Below are positions 18,636 to 28,183 of a stretch of 63,245 nt of DNA, piece after piece. How positions within the stretch are numbered: position 1 is the stretch's first letter; every line of letters begins with the position of its first letter. Source of the stretch: Rhodanobacter sp. GTDB lineage: Bacteria; Pseudomonadota; Gammaproteobacteria; Xanthomonadales; Rhodanobacteraceae. The notes below the pieces were generated by a model that saw nothing but the letters and a program-made list of their open reading frames with translations, made no database searches and was not told the DNA's origin. The position numbers were made by a program, and so were the translations under genes. Location of the stretch: contig JBDTZX010000330.1 in the NCBI GenBank assembly GCA_040004895.1, forward strand, positions 1 through 63,245. The letters are read 5' to 3'.

Positions 18636-19535
18636 TCAGGCGACGAGCGGCGGAGGCATGCCAGGCACGGTGTCGTCGCCACACACGTCGCGCCACAGGT
18701 AATACATCGTGCCGAACATCATCGTGAACATGATCAGCATCATGGCGATGTAAAACGCCATCATCACCACGATCATCAGCCATGTGCCGACGAGTTTGGC
18801 AAGCAAGGCGACCACGATGACCACGATCACAAGGACGATGGCAATGGCAATCCAGGCAAGGAAGACGCTCACCGCAAACACGATCAGTGGCAGCAGATTT
18901 TTCAATGCGCCGACGATGCCGTCGCCGACTGCTCCGAATACGCCGCGACGGCGCAGCGCAACCTGGCCAAGGCCGATCGCATACAAGCCCATGATGAAAA
19001 GTGCGAGCACCATGAACAGCGTCAGGGCGATACCGAAACCATGGGGCAACCCTGGTGGGGGCTGATGGTTGGCCTGTACCGTCAGCATTTGCATGTACCA
19101 GCTGGCGATGCCCCCTCCGGTTGCCGCGATGATGATACCGATCATTGCAGCGTAAACTACAAGCATCGTCAGTCCGTAGCCGATCAGTGGCAATGCTTCG
19201 CCTTGTCGATAAGGCTTGAAGATGTCGAGCGCGCCGGCTGGCAGCCCCTGCTCGGCCGCGTCGATCACCTGCAGATAGCCTGCGTAGAGCGGCACCAGCA
19301 GCAGGCCGAGCACCATGGAAACCACCATGAGTATCCAACTGAAGCCGGGGTTCAGCGGTTGGCCCGTCTGCAAAGCATGGAATTGCAGCGGCAATGTGAT
19401 CAGCGACGGCAACAACGCCGCCACCACCAGAAGGGCTGCGCCACCGAACAGCGGCTTTGGATGGCGAAAGCCAACGCCCACACCTTGTGTCAGCCAGCCC
19501 AGGCCGGCCAAGGGTCCCCTGGATCGTGTCGTCAT
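18636..19535 (-). CDS. Multi-pass membrane protein (BPSS1780-like)
   Basis: About seven hydrophobic segments; starts GLGWL..G and ends YYLWRDVCG. Confidence 0.75.
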   Translation of the reverse strand: MTTRSRGPLAGLGWLTQGVGVGFRHPKPLFGGAALLVVAALLPSLITLPLQFHALQTGQPLNPGFSWILMVVSMVLGLLLVPLYAGYLQVIDAAEQGLPAGALDIFKPYRQGEALPLIGYGLTMLVVYAAMIGIIIAATGGGIASWYMQMLTVQANHQPPPGLPHGFGIALTLFMVLALFIMGLYAIGLGQVALRRRGVFGAVGDGIVGALKNLLPLIVFAVSVFLAWIAIAIVLVIVVIVVALLAKLVGTWLMIVVMMAFYIAMMLIMFTMMFGTMYYLWRDVCGDDTVPGMPPPLVA

Positions 19536-19789
19536 GCTGTCCCTTCCCCTGGTGATCGGCGCCCCCGCGCCGCGCTGGCCGAGCATAGCAGGCGATTGCA
19601 ATCCGGCAGTTCGTGAGCTGATCGGGCCGGAGCCGTTGCAAGAAAGGTTTGCGGCAAATGCTTTGGTCCACTCTGTATTTCTTGCGCCTGTCGTTTCCGA
19701 CTGTTCCGGCTACCATCGCTCCAGCTGTGCTTGTCGGGGTGGGACGCTGCAGGCGCTCGAACCAAGGCTGTCTTTCGAACGGAACCATC

Positions 19790-20182
19790 ATGCGTGAGTG
19801 GTTGATTGCCGCGATGTTCCTGTTGCTTCCAGCTTGCTTGGCGGCCAGGGACAAGCCGTGCCGCTCCAACCCGATGGTGAGAGGCAAGTCCTTTGTGGTT
19901 CATGGTCGACTATCGGTCTACAACGGAAGTCCGGCGGCGAGGATCTGGGAGATTGGCACGCACCGCTTGCTTGGTATTTCCGAGGGACGATTTTATCGGG
20001 AAGGCTATGCAAACCTGCCCGAGTCGATCAAGGTCAGACTCGACTTTGAAACCGATTTGTATGGAGATTTCAGGGTTTATCCCTTCACCGAATCAAAGCC
20101 TGGAGTGATGCAGCTGGTTTGCATCGAGGCGGTGAGAAGTCTCGTGATAAGGAAGACCCCAAAGCAGGACGGTGCAGGCTAG
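19790..20182 (+). CDS. Secreted hypothetical protein (lower GC than its surroundings)
   Basis: Signal peptide MREWLIAAMFLLLPACLAA; HGRLSVYNGSP..RIW and a Cys pair. Confidence 0.65.
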   Translation: MREWLIAAMFLLLPACLAARDKPCRSNPMVRGKSFVVHGRLSVYNGSPAARIWEIGTHRLLGISEGRFYREGYANLPESIKVRLDFETDLYGDFRVYPFTESKPGVMQLVCIEAVRSLVIRKTPKQDGAG

Positions 20183-20311
20183 ACCTGCACCGATTTGGTT
20201 CCATTCGTCTCGGCCGACTGTTCGCCACCAGCTCGAGGGAATTTTCTGCCCAGGCTTGGAAGCATTTCTTCCCCGAGTGCCATGATGTCCGGACACTTTT
20301 CAGGCGTCGAC

Positions 20312-22003
20312 TCAGTGCGCCACGTATCCCGCGCCGAGCAATACCTTTCCAGGCAGTTTCCCGGTCATCCTGCTGTCATCAACCACCGGCACGCCGTTGA
20401 CGAGAACGTATTGCATGCCGACGGACAGCTGGTTGGGTTTTTCATAAGTGGCAACATCGTGGATCGTCTGCGGATCGAACACCACGACATCCGCCCACAT
20501 GCCCTGCTTTAGCACGCCGCGATCGTTGAGGTGCATTCGTTGCGCCGGCAGTGCACTGAACTTGCGGATCGCGTCGGGCAGGGTGAGCAGATGCTGCTCG
20601 CGGACGAACTTCGACAGGATTCGCGGGAACGTGCCGTAGGCGCGTGGATGCGGGTAGTCCTTGCCGAGGATTCCTTCGGGTGAGGTGCCGGAATAATCGT
20701 TGTCGACCGACACCCACGGCTGCTTCAGCGCGAGTTCGACGTCGTGCTCATCCATGCCGAAGATCACCACCGAGGTTGCCGCGTTGTCCTTGATCAGGAA
20801 ATCCATGATCGTGTCGATGGGATCCTCGTGCCATTGCTTCGCGATCTCGTCGATGCGCATGCCCTGATATCTGGCGAGTTGCGGATTGCTGACGACGCTG
20901 ATCAGGATGTCATGCGGGCCGTTGATGGCGAGCCATTCGTTGTCCCAGCTGGCGTCGGGTGTGGTCATGTCCTTGCGGATGCGGGCGCGCATCGCCGGAT
21001 CGCGCAAGCGTTCGAGCAGCTTGCTGTTGCCGCCGTCGTGCGCCCACGGTGGAATGATGGCGGAGAACGTGTTCTGCCACGCGGTATAGGCGTAGGTATC
21101 CGCAGCCACATCGATGCCATCGGCACGCGCCACATCGATGCGGGCGATGATCTGGGGCATCTTGCCCCAGTTGGGTTTGCCCGAAGCTTTCAGGTGGAAT
21201 ATCTCGACCGGGATGTGCGCCTCTCGGCCAATGCGGAACGTCTCGTCGAGTGCGGCCATTTCGTCGTTCGCTTCGCTGCGCATGTGGGTTGCATAGATGC
21301 CACCGTGGCGCGACGCCGTCTTCGCCAGGGCGATCAGTTCGTCGGTGCTTGCGTAAGGTGCCGGTGCGTATTGCAGCGCGGTCGAAAGCCCCATCGTGCC
21401 TTGCTGCATGCCGTCGGCGACGAGCGCCTGCATCCGCTTGAGTTCGTCGGCGTTCGGCGCGCGGTTGTCGTAGCCAATCACCATTTCGCGCACTGTGGCG
21501 GCACCGATGTACGTACCCATGTTGATGCCGATGCCCTGTTTGCGCAGCCGGCCGAAGTAGCCATCGAACGTGCGCCAGTCCACCTTGAGGTGATAGTGGT
21601 CGAGCCCGGGTTGCATCTCCTTGAGGATGGCGTCGTCGAGCGGTGCAATCGACTCGCCCTCGCCGGTGATCTCGGTGGTGATGCCCTGGTAGATCTTCGA
21701 TGGCAGCCGGGGATCGACCAGTACGGTAAGTTCGGATTGCCCCAGCATGTCGATGAAACCGGGCGCAACCACCATCCCGTGCGCATCGATGCTGCGCTTC
21801 GCATGCGCCTCGGCCAACTGGCCGATCGCCGCGATGCGGCCATCCTTTATCGCCAGATCCCCCGAATACCAGGGCGAACCGGTGCCGTCGATAATGTGGC
21901 CATTACGGATGATCAGGTCGTAGTCGGCGCTTGCATGCGATGGTGACGCACCCGCAAGCAGCGGGCAGAGGCAAAGCAGCAGGCAGGCCAGGCGCAAGCG
22001 CAT
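20312..22003 (-). CDS. N-acyl-D-amino-acid deacylase (D-aminoacylase)-like amidohydrolase with signal peptide
   Basis: DLIIRNGHIIDGTG, VAPGFID, ATHMR, IFHLK, HPRAYGTFPR and RGVLKQGMWADVVVFD. Confidence 0.88.
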   Translation of the reverse strand: MRLRLACLLLCLCPLLAGASPSHASADYDLIIRNGHIIDGTGSPWYSGDLAIKDGRIAAIGQLAEAHAKRSIDAHGMVVAPGFIDMLGQSELTVLVDPRLPSKIYQGITTEITGEGESIAPLDDAILKEMQPGLDHYHLKVDWRTFDGYFGRLRKQGIGINMGTYIGAATVREMVIGYDNRAPNADELKRMQALVADGMQQGTMGLSTALQYAPAPYASTDELIALAKTASRHGGIYATHMRSEANDEMAALDETFRIGREAHIPVEIFHLKASGKPNWGKMPQIIARIDVARADGIDVAADTYAYTAWQNTFSAIIPPWAHDGGNSKLLERLRDPAMRARIRKDMTTPDASWDNEWLAINGPHDILISVVSNPQLARYQGMRIDEIAKQWHEDPIDTIMDFLIKDNAATSVVIFGMDEHDVELALKQPWVSVDNDYSGTSPEGILGKDYPHPRAYGTFPRILSKFVREQHLLTLPDAIRKFSALPAQRMHLNDRGVLKQGMWADVVVFDPQTIHDVATYEKPNQLSVGMQYVLVNGVPVVDDSRMTGKLPGKVLLGAGYVAH

Positions 22004-22279
22004 GTCAGTTTCCCCTTGGTTGCATGACGGTAGCCATCGGAGACGGCTCTGCGGGAATACCCGCGACGCACAGCTCCGTTGTGCGCCGAGTTGCTTGATC
22101 ATAGAAGAAAAAAACCGCAGGCCGGAGTCGACCTTTCGCAAGATGGACTCCGCCGCCGCTTTGGCCGTCGGCCCGGATGACAGCCGCCCGCGCCAGGCGC
22201 ACCATGTGCTGATCCGCGGCAGGCAAATCGCCGCCTGTGGCAGCAGGCAGGCCATCAACGATCCGGGGAGGGTCGAACC

Positions 22280-22738
22280 ATGCAAACGACGAAGCTGTTC
22301 GCGATGGCCAGCGCGCTGGCCCTGCTGGCGTTGTCGTTGATGGCCGCCGATGCCGCCGATGCCGCTTACGCCTGCTGGGAGCCGGCGTTCGTGGCGGGAA
22401 ATGCCGACGCAGTGGCGCATTGCTATGCGCCCGACGCGGTGTTCTGGTTGCCCGGTGCGTCGACGATGCGCGGGCGTGCCGCGATCCGCGCGGGGTACGC
22501 GGGTTACTTCGCCGCTGCGACGATAAAAAGCATCAAGCAGGTCGAGATGGGCAGGTTTGCCCATGGCAACGAGCTTTCAACCTGGGGCACCTTCACGGTG
22601 GTCTCGGTGTCCAGAAAGGACGGCAAGGAATCGATCGATCGCGGTCGCTACACCGATGTCTCGCGCAAGATCGACGGCCGCTGGATGTATCTCGTGGACC
22701 ACGCCTCGGATGATCCGCCGGCGGTGCCGGCGAACTGA
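22280..22738 (+). CDS. Secreted NTF2/SnoaL-like (DUF4440/YybH) protein
   Basis: Signal peptide; YAPDAV, RGRAAIR and GRY..V.RKIDGRW...DHAS. Confidence 0.8.
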   Translation: MQTTKLFAMASALALLALSLMAADAADAAYACWEPAFVAGNADAVAHCYAPDAVFWLPGASTMRGRAAIRAGYAGYFAAATIKSIKQVEMGRFAHGNELSTWGTFTVVSVSRKDGKESIDRGRYTDVSRKIDGRWMYLVDHASDDPPAVPAN

Positions 22739-22842
22739 GCGGAAACGGGAGGCGGAACAAGCTTTCCAATGAAAGTTGACGCCGATCCTCCTTTTTGCGT
22801 TTTCGTTTCACGCCAAGGCGTGTTTGAAATCTGACGTCCGGA

Positions 22843-23466
22843 TCACTCCGTCATGGCGAGTTCCGGAAACGGTTCGCGCCAGGCGTCGAGCTCGCACAGA
22901 CGATCGTGCCAGCGCGTGATGGCGGGGAATTCGTGCAGCGGAATATGCGCGTATTCGGCATAGGGCAGCGCGACGGCCACGGCGAAGTCGGCCACGCTGA
23001 GCTCATCGCCGACCAGCCACTCGCGATCAAGCAGGTGCTTGTCCAGAACAGCGGCATAGCGACGCCATTCCTTCATGGCCGGCTCTACCTCGGCCGGATC
23101 GACCTCGCCGATGCCGAAGCGTGCCTTGATGATGTACTCGAAATACAGCTTGCCGGCGTTCGCGGTGAAATGCTGCATGTTCCAGCTCAACCAGCGGATG
23201 ACCTCGATCTGGCGTGCATCCTGTGGCCACAACTCCGAGTCGCTGCGTGCGGCCAGGTGGCACATGATGGCATCGGCCTCCCACAGCACGCGCGAGCCAT
23301 CGACCAGGGTGGGTACCTTGCCGTTCGGATTGAGCGCGAGATAGTCCGGCGTCTTGTGCTCGCCGCGACCGAGGTCGAGGTAGGTGTAATCCACCGGTGA
23401 CTGCAGGTATTTCGCGACAGCACAGACCTTGCGCGGCGCAAGTACATCCGACCAGTAAAGTTTCAT
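22843..23466 (-). CDS. Glutathione S-transferase family protein
   Basis: LALNPNGKVPTLVDG..LWEADAI and WLVGDELSVADF. Confidence 0.9.
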   Translation of the reverse strand: MKLYWSDVLAPRKVCAVAKYLQSPVDYTYLDLGRGEHKTPDYLALNPNGKVPTLVDGSRVLWEADAIMCHLAARSDSELWPQDARQIEVIRWLSWNMQHFTANAGKLYFEYIIKARFGIGEVDPAEVEPAMKEWRRYAAVLDKHLLDREWLVGDELSVADFAVAVALPYAEYAHIPLHEFPAITRWHDRLCELDAWREPFPELAMTE

Positions 23467-23506
23467 GCAGGATCTCCTTGGGTGGTTTCCGGGTATGCCA
23501 CCTGAC

Positions 23507-23533
23507 GACGAACGAAGTGACGCGAAATCGACC
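23507..23533 (-). promoter_or_regulatory. ECF42-like promoter copy 1 (GGTCGA-N16-TCGTC) upstream of GST
   Basis: One of five identically spaced copies in the window, about 40 bp upstream of the ATG. Confidence 0.7.
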
Positions 23534-23595
23534 TGAGACGGCGATTTCAGCGCACGTGATCGATTGATCCGCTGTTGGCAGGTCGAATCGACGAT

Positions 23596-23632
23596 CATCC
23601 ATGCCATGACCTCCGAGGTCATGGCATGGATG
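23596..23632. repeat. Perfect 18-bp inverted repeat with 1-nt spacer; candidate operator
   Basis: CATCCATGCCATGACCTC-C-GAGGTCATGGCATGGATG in the divergent GST / VOC-XRE intergenic region. Confidence 0.85.
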
Positions 23633-23676
23633 CTTCCCGGGCGGGAAAATCATCGCACTTCCACTGGAGAATTCCC

Positions 23677-24663
23677 GTGCGCCCGTTTCTTCTCGTCTCG
23701 ACGATATTCTTGTGCCTTGGTGCTTTGCCGGCGCCAGCACGCGCTTCCACGACACCCACGGTACGGCTCGACCACCTCCTGCTCTGGGGTCGTGGAATCG
23801 ATCAGGTGACCTCGGTCATGGCGGTCAAATTGGGCTTTCAGGTGCGCCCCGGACATGATCCCGGCGGCGTTGCCAACCGTTATGTCCGGTTCGCCGACAG
23901 CAGCTTTGTCGAACTGCTTGGCGTCACCCGTACCGACCCGACCTTCGATCCCGGCATGCAGGAGGACCAAAAGGCACTCAAAGGCGGCCCGGGTTCGCGC
24001 ACCTTCGGATTTCGTTCCTCGTCGCTCGAGGCGATCCGTCATTCGCTCGCGGATCGGCACTACGCTGTCACGCCCTTTTTCAACGGACCGGACAACGCAA
24101 AGCCGGGCTGGCGGCTGTTCGCGTTCGATCGGGCACCGCTGTCGAGTAATACGTTCTTCATCGACTATGCCACCGATTATGCACCGGACCAGCGCGACCC
24201 CTCCAATAAGGGCGACTACCGGGTGACGCGTGAGCATCCCAATGGCGCGCGCGAGTTGTCGGCGATATGGCTGCTGTCGGGCGATGCCGAATCGGATCGT
24301 GCACAGCTGGAAAAGATGGGTTTCGGCCATGCAGTACGCATCAGGCTGCCCGAGATCGGTGCCAGTGGTTTCTGCGTGCCGGTCGGGCCGACGGCGCTGT
24401 TGGCACTTCAGCCCGACGGCCTCGGTATCGCCGCCCGGACTTTGACCAGCGGCGGCCCGCGCATTCTGGGCGCAAGCGTGGGCGTGACCGATCTGGGACG
24501 TGCGCAACGCTGGGTCGAGCGCGGCTACGAGCGCACGTTGAGTCGCTATCGTGGACTGTCCGGCGAATCCTTCCTCGCCCCGAGCAGTGACGATCTCGGT
24601 TTGTCGATCGAGTTCCACGCGATCCAGCAAGGCGAGGCGGCGTGTGCCGGTGCCGGCACCTGA
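23677..24663 (+). CDS. Secreted VOC/glyoxalase-like (Glyoxalase_3) protein
   Basis: GTG start with GGAGA RBS; signal peptide; LDHLL, LGF..PG..G.ANR.V.F...VELL and HPNGA motifs. Confidence 0.8.
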   Translation: MRPFLLVSTIFLCLGALPAPARASTTPTVRLDHLLLWGRGIDQVTSVMAVKLGFQVRPGHDPGGVANRYVRFADSSFVELLGVTRTDPTFDPGMQEDQKALKGGPGSRTFGFRSSSLEAIRHSLADRHYAVTPFFNGPDNAKPGWRLFAFDRAPLSSNTFFIDYATDYAPDQRDPSNKGDYRVTREHPNGARELSAIWLLSGDAESDRAQLEKMGFGHAVRIRLPEIGASGFCVPVGPTALLALQPDGLGIAARTLTSGGPRILGASVGVTDLGRAQRWVERGYERTLSRYRGLSGESFLAPSSDDLGLSIEFHAIQQGEAACAGAGT

Positions 24664-24706
24664 GGATATGCTTGGCCCGATGCCCTCCGGAGAATCTGCC
24701 ATTGCC

Positions 24707-25552
24707 ATGCGTCCGACCAGCCTGTCTCCGCCGCCGGTGGGCGTGTTGTTGCGTGAATGGCGTGCGGCACGTCACCTGAGCCAGCTCGATCTGGCGCTGG
24801 AAACAGGCATTTCGACGCGGCACCTCAGTTGCATCGAAACCGGCAAGGCAGGTGCCAGCCGCGAGACGGTTTCGCGGCTCGCCGATGCGTTGGGCATGCC
24901 GCTGAGGGAACGCAACGCACTCCTGCGCGCGGCGGGATTCGCGGCCATGCATCCCGAACGCTCGCTGGCTGCGCCCGCACTGCGTCGCGTGCGCCAGGCG
25001 GTCGACCTGATCCTCGCGCATCAGGAGCCTTATCCGGCGTTCGTACTCAGCCGGCATTGGGACGTACTGGCGACCAATGCCGCGGCCTTGAGGATCAACC
25101 ACCTGCTCATGCGCGGTCGGCCGAGCCGACACGCCAACCTGCTGCACCAGATCTTCGATCCGGACGATTTTCGATCGGTGATCGTCAACTGGCACGAAGT
25201 GGCGGGTCGATTCATCCGTCATCTGCACGACGATCTCGTCGTCAACCCGACCGATCGTCGAACCCGTCAACTGCTCGAGCAGATTTTCGCCTACCCCGAC
25301 GTGCCTGCGCGCTGGCGGGATCGTGCACTCGGCGACGAGCCTTCGCCGATCGTCACTTTCACGTTCCGCAGCGAACTCGGCGAGCTGCGTTTCTTCGAGA
25401 CATTCACAACTTTCGCGGCGCCTCATGACGTGACGCTCGACGAGATACGCATCGATTGCACCTTTCCTGCGGACGAACACACCGCCGCCGTGTGTGCACA
25501 GCTTGCGGCGAGCGACGCCGGCCACTGCGGCCAGGCCATCGTCGATACATAG
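24707..25552 (+). CDS. XRE HTH transcriptional regulator with MmyB-like ligand-binding domain
   Basis: LREWRAARHLSQLDLALETGISTRHLSCIETG; HQEPYPAFVL..HWDV...N; TLDEIRIDC.FPAD. Confidence 0.9.
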   Translation: MRPTSLSPPPVGVLLREWRAARHLSQLDLALETGISTRHLSCIETGKAGASRETVSRLADALGMPLRERNALLRAAGFAAMHPERSLAAPALRRVRQAVDLILAHQEPYPAFVLSRHWDVLATNAAALRINHLLMRGRPSRHANLLHQIFDPDDFRSVIVNWHEVAGRFIRHLHDDLVVNPTDRRTRQLLEQIFAYPDVPARWRDRALGDEPSPIVTFTFRSELGELRFFETFTTFAAPHDVTLDEIRIDCTFPADEHTAAVCAQLAASDAGHCGQAIVDT

Positions 25553-25716
25553 GCTGGAGGCGCGGCTGTGCTTCTCGTGCAGCCGGAAGTTCAAGCGTGC
25601 CCATGCTGGCATGCGCACGGATCACTTTCATCGCGTGCGGCCGTCATCGAGCCGTGCGAGGACGATGGACGTCCGTCAGGAAGCATCCTTCGTGGGCGAC
25701 GTGAGCAGCGCCCTCG

Positions 25717-26436
25717 TTACGATGCCAGTGGTTTGCGTGCGTCGATCAACATGGTCGGCACCCATGGACCACCCCACCACATGCGCCAGCCGAGGTTGCG
25801 CCAGGTCACGGTCGCGCCGAGTTCGACGAGTCGTTGCCGGTAGCGGCGGCTCTTGGAAATGTCGGCGATCAGCAGGCGGCCGCCCGGGCGCAGCACCCGC
25901 CACGCTTCGTCGATGGCCTGGTCGCGACCCTCGCTGGCGCTGATGTTGTGGATGGCCACGTTGGAGACGATCACGTCGAAGCTGTCGCTCTCGAAAGGCA
26001 GCTGGCGCATGTCGGCTGTGTGCAGTTGCACGCGATCGGCCACGCCTTCGGCGATGGCGTTCTCGCGGGTCACCTGCATGGCGTTGCCGGACTGATCCTT
26101 GCTGCTCCAGATGTCGATCCCCACGGCGCTGCCGCGCGCCAGGCGTTCGGCGGCCATCAGCAGGACGGCGCCGCGACCGCAACCGAGATCCAGCAGGCGT
26201 TCGTCGCCGCGCAGCGCCACGCTATCGAGCAGGGTTTGCCAGACCATGAACTTGCCACGCAAGGTGGTGTGCAAATAGACGGTGGCGAGCGCGAGCAGGA
26301 TCACCGCAGTCAGCCAGAATTGCACCATGTGCGCGACCACCACCAGGCCGATGCAGACCAGCGCGCCGGTAGTCATCAGCAGCGGCGCATACGGCGCGTC
26401 GATGCCGTAGCGGCCCTTGCGATGCGAGATGGTCAT
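25717..26436 (-). CDS. Membrane-anchored class I SAM-dependent methyltransferase
   Basis: YGIDAP followed by two TMs; LDLGCGRG, FDVIVS and RVLRPGG. Confidence 0.85.
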   Translation of the reverse strand: MTISHRKGRYGIDAPYAPLLMTTGALVCIGLVVVAHMVQFWLTAVILLALATVYLHTTLRGKFMVWQTLLDSVALRGDERLLDLGCGRGAVLLMAAERLARGSAVGIDIWSSKDQSGNAMQVTRENAIAEGVADRVQLHTADMRQLPFESDSFDVIVSNVAIHNISASEGRDQAIDEAWRVLRPGGRLLIADISKSRRYRQRLVELGATVTWRNLGWRMWWGGPWVPTMLIDARKPLAS

Positions 26437-26585
26437 GCGTGCCCCGGACTGTTTGGGTCTGTGCGCGCATTCTTGGGCAGGCCAGTGGGCGCCGCCAGTG
26501 ACATGTGTCACCGCTCCGGTCTTTTGCCAGGGCAGGCGCGGCTGTCAGGTTCACTGAACCTGATTGTTGGTCTTGTACTTCGTCA

Positions 26586-26942
26586 CTACGCGGGCAAACT
26601 CACCACCGGCACGAAGCCACCGAAGATCATGCGCTTGCCGTCGAACGGCATGTCGCCCGCAGCCTCCATGCGTGGATCCTTCATGAATTTCTCCATGCCG
26701 GCATTGCGGGTCGCCTTGTCGGGCCATTCCACCCAGGAGAACACCACCGACTCGTCCGGCTTCGCCTGCACGGCACGACGGAAATCGGTGAGCTTGCCCT
26801 CGGCCACGTCGTCGCCCCAGCACTCCAGCACGCGCGTGGCACCGACCTCGAGAAAAATGGCGTCGAACGTACTGGCGTGCCCGATGAATTTTTCGCGGTT
26901 GGCGGTGGGTACGGCGATCACGAAACCATCGATGTAGGACAT
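26586..26942 (-). CDS. DUF1428 family protein
   Basis: MSYIDGFVIAVP...ECWGDDV..GKLTDF...VVFSW...MPFDGKRMIFGGF; AGGAGG RBS. Confidence 0.92.
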   Translation of the reverse strand: MSYIDGFVIAVPTANREKFIGHASTFDAIFLEVGATRVLECWGDDVAEGKLTDFRRAVQAKPDESVVFSWVEWPDKATRNAGMEKFMKDPRMEAAGDMPFDGKRMIFGGFVPVVSLPA

Positions 26943-26993
26943 GGCTGCCTCCTGGACGGGCAGGGCGGCCGGAATGGTCACCCTCTCACAGGC

Positions 26994-27020
26994 GACGAAC
27001 AGGCGCGCGCAGAATCGACA
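26994..27020 (-). promoter_or_regulatory. ECF42-like promoter copy 2 (TGTCGA-N16-TCGTC) upstream of DUF1428
   Basis: Exact motif with the same 16-nt spacer, about 50 bp upstream of the ATG. Confidence 0.75.
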
Positions 27021-27071
27021 TCGGCGACCCGCCATCCCCGCGCATCGCGTTTCAAGAATGCGAGGCGCGTA

Positions 27072-27434
27072 TCAATGCCATGTGCGTTTGCCACTCGTGC
27101 CTGCGGGGTTCATCTCGACGCTCAGGGTGAAGGTGCGTTTTTCGTCCGGCTGCATGGCGCCGACGCCTACCAGCTTGCGTGCGATCTCTTCGCCGCGTTC
27201 GTTGCGAATGGTCAGCACCATCGAGTATTCCCACGCGCCGCTGTCGACCGGGTTGCGGAAGCTGCCTTCCACCCGCAGCGGTGTGGATGCCGACGCCGCG
27301 ATCGCGTCGGTGGGTTCGCTGAAGCGCAGCTTGTGACGGCACGCGGGACACACGCCCGCACTTTCCAGAATGGTCTCCCGGCAGTGCGGGCAAACGCGCG
27401 TCGCGCCGGCCGACCCCGGCCGAGCGGCGGTCAC
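27072..27434 (-). CDS. Hypothetical zinc-ribbon protein (CxxC-x10-CxxC) with small beta-sandwich-like C-terminus
   Basis: CPHC...CPAC; the GTG start overlaps the bactofilin stop (GTGA). Confidence 0.75.
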   Translation of the reverse strand: MTAARPGSAGATRVCPHCRETILESAGVCPACRHKLRFSEPTDAIAASASTPLRVEGSFRNPVDSGAWEYSMVLTIRNERGEEIARKLVGVGAMQPDEKRTFTLSVEMNPAGTSGKRTWH

Positions 27435-27955
27435 GATGTGGTGCCGTTGCTTCCGTGGGTCTTGTGGGCCGTGCCGTCCTTGACATCGTCCCAACCGAAC
27501 TCGGCCTGGCCGCGCATGCGCGAACCGGCCGCCACGCTGAGCGACCCTGCCTTCAGGTCACCGGTCAACGCGCCGGTCTGCAGCAGTTCCACATGTGCGG
27601 CGGATTCGATATTGCCGATCAGTTCGCCCGCGATGGTGACCTTCTCGGCGCGCACACTGCCGGTCACTTTGGCGCTGGGTTCGATGGTGACGTCGCCACG
27701 CACGTTGACGTCGCCCTTGAAGTTGCCGGCGATGCGCACATGGCCGGCACCTTCGATCTTGCCCTCGATCGTGATGTCGGGCGCGATCAGCGATTCGGCC
27801 ACGGGTTTGCCCGACGCGGGCGTGGGGCGAAATGCGGGCTGCACCTGCACCGGTTTTTCCGGTTCGGGCCTGGTCTCGGGAATGGCGCGCTGCGTCAACT
27901 CCGTTGCGTCGGGCGTTTCGGTGGTGGTTTTGACGGGTTCTTTCCACAGGGCCAT
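27431..27955 (-). CDS. Bactofilin (CcmA/DUF583 polymer-forming cytoskeletal protein)
   Basis: SLIAPDITIEGKIEG.G.VRI.G.FKGDV...G.V.A..VTIAG.L.GNI...TGDL....L.V..G..M.G repeats after a Pro-rich N-terminal tail. Confidence 0.9.
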   Translation of the reverse strand: MALWKEPVKTTTETPDATELTQRAIPETRPEPEKPVQVQPAFRPTPASGKPVAESLIAPDITIEGKIEGAGHVRIAGNFKGDVNVRGDVTIEPSAKVTGSVRAEKVTIAGELIGNIESAAHVELLQTGALTGDLKAGSLSVAAGSRMRGQAEFGWDDVKDGTAHKTHGSNGTTS

Positions 27956-28183
27956 CGGGGACTCCGCTTCACTTCAGAGGGGAGGGTGACCGTAACCCCA
28001 AACGACCGCGATGGGAACCGTCGCAAACCAAGCCGATTCAGTTTGTCACAGCGGGGTTAACGTCGAAGTCCCAAAAACGACACGCCGCAGCGACTCGGGT
28101 CCTGCGACCGGCACGACGGCGCACATCCATTCGATGCAGCCACAGGCAGGTTCCGATGTCGCCGTTGCGATCGCGCGTGAGCC

